Shown here: one piece after another, positions 44,810 through 47,149 of the stretch | Position numbering within the stretch: the stretch's first letter is position 1 | Layout: the number at the start of each line of letters is the position of its first letter | The notes under the pieces: generated by a model | What the model was told of the DNA's origin: nothing | Seen by the model: the letters and a program-made list of their open reading frames with translations, nothing else | The model's database searches: none | Made by a program: the position numbers and the translations under genes | From: Escherichia phage JeanPiccard | Sequence record: MZ501080 | DNA length: 47,149 nt | Strand: one strand, 5' to 3'

Positions 44810-44941
44810 ATGAAAGTGCAAGAAAGCCCAGTGGAGTGGTGTAAGCGAATGCAGGACAAAGCCGAGACTGGTGAAGAGGCGATGGCTTATTACGAGCTGG
44901 CGCAAATGTGGATGGAACGGGAGAAGAAGAGCGATGATTAA
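44810..44941 (+). CDS. hypothetical small protein (43 aa)
   Basis: AAGGTG RBS; ATGA overlap with next ORF. Confidence 0.3.
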   Translation: MKVQESPVEWCKRMQDKAETGEEAMAYYELAQMWMEREKKSDD

Positions 44942-45086
44942 CACTTGTATATTTTTCTATGGCCATGAATTTATTGATGACCTAATCTACTTTCATGAAA
45001 AGTATGGTGACACATTCGAGTGTGACGGCGACAAAATTGAGGTGCTAGCGGTGTTTTATAGAGGTGGCAAAAATGAGCTTCACTGA
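44934..45086 (+). CDS. hypothetical small protein (50 aa)
   Basis: translationally coupled chain of small ORFs. Confidence 0.3.
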   Translation: MINTCIFFYGHEFIDDLIYFHEKYGDTFECDGDKIEVLAVFYRGGKNELH

Positions 45087-45225
45087 ATACGTTATCGCAT
45101 GTGAACGACTGGTCTTTGATATGAAGACTTTTCACTGGTTCATCATTAAGGATTTGATTAAGCCTTATAAGCAGGGTGTGACACCTGAGGCATTTATCAA
45201 GAACTTCTATAGCACTAAAAGCTAA
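45073..45225 (+). CDS. hypothetical small protein (50 aa)
   Basis: ATGA overlap with upstream ORF. Confidence 0.3.
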   Translation: MSFTEYVIACERLVFDMKTFHWFIIKDLIKPYKQGVTPEAFIKNFYSTKS

Positions 45226-45282
45226 ACGCAGTCGCCAGGGATGGCATATAATTACCCCATCAACACAACGAGAGACTGAGAA

Positions 45283-45522
45283 ATGTTCGGACTAAATGAA
45301 GCGATGTTCAATGCGGTAAAGCGCCAGGCTAAAAAGCTCAACGATAAGTATGAGTCACTAAGCAAGCTGGACCGCAAGAATGATAAGTTGGTTGCTGGTA
45401 TCATAACTGAGATTTGGCAGCCTGTTTCCACAGTTATCAGTAGGGATCGATTTGTGTGGGTATCTGGTTATCTTAAGGGTCGCGTTGGTCATGACGAGAA
45501 TGGGAATAGTCTTTATGAGTGA
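45283..45522 (+). CDS. hypothetical protein
   Basis: 79 aa; ACGAGAG RBS region; preceded by TATAATTACCCCATCAACACAACGAGAG leader. Confidence 0.45.
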   Translation: MFGLNEAMFNAVKRQAKKLNDKYESLSKLDRKNDKLVAGIITEIWQPVSTVISRDRFVWVSGYLKGRVGHDENGNSLYE

Positions 45523-45579
45523 GTTGACAATCTGGTTTATTGCTGGGCTTATTACTTGGGCTTACTTTGGGGTATTGGC

Positions 45580-45807
45580 ATGAGAACATTGAGACAGATT
45601 TTACACGGTTGTAAGAAGCATCATTATGTTTACTTTCGTGATATTAAGTGGTTCGAGGATGCTCACTTTTTAGATGGCTACAAGACAAAGTTAGTATGCA
45701 AGAAATGCATGCACGTGGAGAACAGCATGGTGGATATGATGATTTGCCGCAGCACACTAGACTACATTGCGTATGGAAAGCTCAAACATCCACCAGTTAA
45801 ACCGTAA
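45580..45807 (+). CDS. hypothetical Cys/His-rich protein (possible zinc finger)
   Basis: ORF with CKKHH...CKKCMH...C pattern; start uncertain (track start 45556). Confidence 0.35.
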   Translation: MRTLRQILHGCKKHHYVYFRDIKWFEDAHFLDGYKTKLVCKKCMHVENSMVDMMICRSTLDYIAYGKLKHPPVKP

Positions 45808-46077
45808 TTTTTAGAAAGAGCTTGCATCACTGACTGGAACCATCTAAAATTAACCACGTAGACAAACGAGGCCACCAATTGGCAACGGCGCACGGAGCGC
45901 GCTACAAGGTAAGTCCGTTGCTCATTAAGTAGCGTATGCGGCACATAAGGCCAGTGAGGATAAGGCGAAAACCTCGATAAGTCGGCCCCAAGTCGAATAG
46001 TACGAGTCGATGTAAGGTTGCAGAATACAACCGGTCGTTTCAGCCGACCCCGGAGCCGTAACCGGGACTCATTCAAA

Positions 46078-46155
46078 GCTCTGCTAGCTCAACAGGACAG
46101 CAGCAACGACCTTCTAAGTCGTAGGTTACTGGTTCGAATCCAGTGCGGAGCGCCA
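46078..46155 (+). tRNA. tRNA-Arg(TCT): tRNA-Arg (anticodon UCU), CCA encoded
   Basis: manual cloverleaf: acceptor GCTCTGC/GCGGAGC (one G-U pair), anticodon stem ACGAC/GTCGT with loop CTTCTAA, T-arm ACTGG-TTCGAAT-CCAGT, discriminator G, then CCA. Confidence 0.7.
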
Positions 46156-46186
46156 GATTTAACCAATAACTCTAGGGAGTTTAATT

Positions 46187-46408
46187 ATGAAAACTGTAAC
46201 AATCATCGTAAAAGATTCAGAAACCGGAACCATTCAGAAGTTTAACGCAAAACTCGACTTTGAGCATCAGTGCTTAAAGGGCGTAATCGGTGGCGTATCA
46301 GTAAATGCAAATATTTACGGCTGGCTAATGAATTCAAATAACAAAGATGAAGTCTCTTTGGCTGGTAAAAAATTCGAATTTAAAGAAGCGGCCAATGACG
46401 ACGAGTAG
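46187..46408 (+). CDS. hypothetical protein
   Basis: 73 aa; GGGAG RBS. Confidence 0.45.
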   Translation: MKTVTIIVKDSETGTIQKFNAKLDFEHQCLKGVIGGVSVNANIYGWLMNSNNKDEVSLAGKKFEFKEAANDDE

Positions 46409-46592
46409 ACTGTGGAACGTCAAACTTTCAATCAGATTGATGGGCCGCTCGTGCAAAAATTGCACTCAAGATTATATCGCGTCAGTTGCCGCAACCAGCG
46501 CTGAGGATGCGGTAGCGAAAGTAAAAGAGATGTCGGGTGCTGACCCTGACACTCACAAATTCCTGGTAGCTTACGTTCGTGAGCGAAAGTAA
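46395..46592 (+). CDS. hypothetical protein (start uncertain)
   Basis: ATGA overlap with upstream stop; track start 46347. Confidence 0.4.
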   Translation: MTTSRLWNVKLSIRLMGRSCKNCTQDYIASVAATSAEDAVAKVKEMSGADPDTHKFLVAYVRERK

Positions 46593-46635
46593 AAAGTGTT
46601 ATACCCTCGTTAAGTTTCGTTTCTCTCGTTGTTTT

Positions 46636-46660
46636 AGCCCTCGCTTGAGGGCTTTTTTTC
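46636..46660 (+). terminator. rho-independent terminator
   Basis: hairpin AGCCCTCgcttGAGGGCT followed by T7 and conserved CGTCTGTA. Confidence 0.65.
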
Positions 46661-46739
46661 GTCTGTATGTTGACAATAATATATAGGTGCATTAGTATTA
46701 ACTCATCGGGGCGACCCACTAACCAGAAGGAGATTCAAA

Positions 46740-46979
46740 ATGATTACATTAAAAGCAATTCACAAAGATGGTAGCGAGCAGGTTTTTGAAGTTAAGAACT
46801 TCGGCCACAGAGCAATGCAGAACCGGATTGATGCTGTTGATTGTGATCGCGAGCCATTCAGTATTTACCTTAATGATGACTCGGTTGTCGTTGTGTACGC
46901 AATGAATTCGGCGGGTTCAACTGTTGGCAAGTACTTTTATTTTGATTCAGCAGGAGCCCGAGAAGATTACATATCTTAA
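46740..46979 (+). CDS. hypothetical protein
   Basis: 79 aa; strong RBS AAGGAG; preceded by TTGACA-like and TATAGG elements. Confidence 0.5.
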   Translation: MITLKAIHKDGSEQVFEVKNFGHRAMQNRIDAVDCDREPFSIYLNDDSVVVVYAMNSAGSTVGKYFYFDSAGAREDYIS

Positions 46980-46984
46980 AGCAT

Positions 46985-47008
46985 AGCCCCTTAATTGGGG
47001 CTTTTTTA
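46985..47008 (+). terminator. rho-independent terminator
   Basis: hairpin AGCCCCttaattGGGGCT followed by T6 and conserved ACGTCTG. Confidence 0.65.
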
Positions 47009-47052
47009 CGTCTGCAGTATGGTATAATCTGACCTCAAGAAAGGAGGATTTA

Positions 47053-47145
47053 ATGCATAATATTATTGCTACAATTATCTTTGGTGCCACTTGCCTATCA
47101 TTTATCCTTGGCGTGGTATGGTTACTAACTTTATTGGGGTTTTAA
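47053..47145 (+). CDS. possible small hydrophobic peptide (30 aa)
   Basis: strong RBS AAGGAGG; TATAAT upstream; single TM-like sequence. Confidence 0.3.
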   Translation: MHNIIATIIFGATCLSFILGVVWLLTLLGF

Positions 47146-47149
47146 TGAC

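Noticed and set aside
46033-46049. Possible second tRNA with anticodon TCA (stem-loop GGTCG-tttcagc-CGACC)
   Set aside because: No matching acceptor stem, D-arm or canonical T-loop could be assembled around it; treated as an isolated hairpin pending tRNAscan-SE.
45762-46076. 104-aa minus-strand ORF overlapping the region upstream of the tRNA
   Set aside because: Arg/Leu-rich low-complexity translation with no RBS; it lies antisense to a GC-rich structured non-coding region, so it is most likely an artefact.
1-47149. Lysogeny module (integrase, CI/Cro-type switch, attP)
   Set aside because: No tyrosine or serine recombinase-like ORF and no repressor/antirepressor pair were recognizable; the only HTH proteins sit in the replication and phosphoesterase contexts, so the phage is inferred to be virulent.

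Overview
The window reads as a near-complete genome of a virulent T1-like siphophage (Drexlerviridae-type) of an enterobacterial host; this is my inference from protein motifs and gene order, since no database search could be run. Modules in order: packaging (small and large terminase split by an HNH homing endonuclease), head (portal, scaffold-like protein, major capsid), neck, tail (major tail protein, G/GT chaperones with a -1 frameshift, tape measure, lambda M/L/K/I/J-like tip genes, second HNH). A convergent minus-strand block follows (310-aa protein, Cor-like lipoprotein, short C5-cytosine methyltransferase), then a recombination module (RecE-like nuclease, Dam methylase, Erf-like annealing protein, SSB), a large beta-helix tail fiber, replication genes (primase, HTH protein, helicase, VRR-NUC nuclease), lysis genes (pinholin-like holin, SAR endolysin, u-spanin), an accessory region of many small ORFs, and a tRNA-Arg(UCU). 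No integrase, CI-like repressor or CRISPR array was found. The most interesting non-coding signals are: (1) a dyad motif TAGCAC-N5-TTGCTAAA present in about 17 copies at gene boundaries, often supplying the TAG stop codon and flanking gene cassettes; (2) two homologous AT-rich divergent control regions about 19 kb apart with shared GTATAC / TACACGTAAC / (ATT)n elements; (3) a P-loop ATPase with a domain-deleted paralog on the opposite strand; (4) a 107-bp direct repeat marking a recent small-gene duplication. All functional calls rest on motif recognition by eye and should be confirmed with HMM or BLAST searches.
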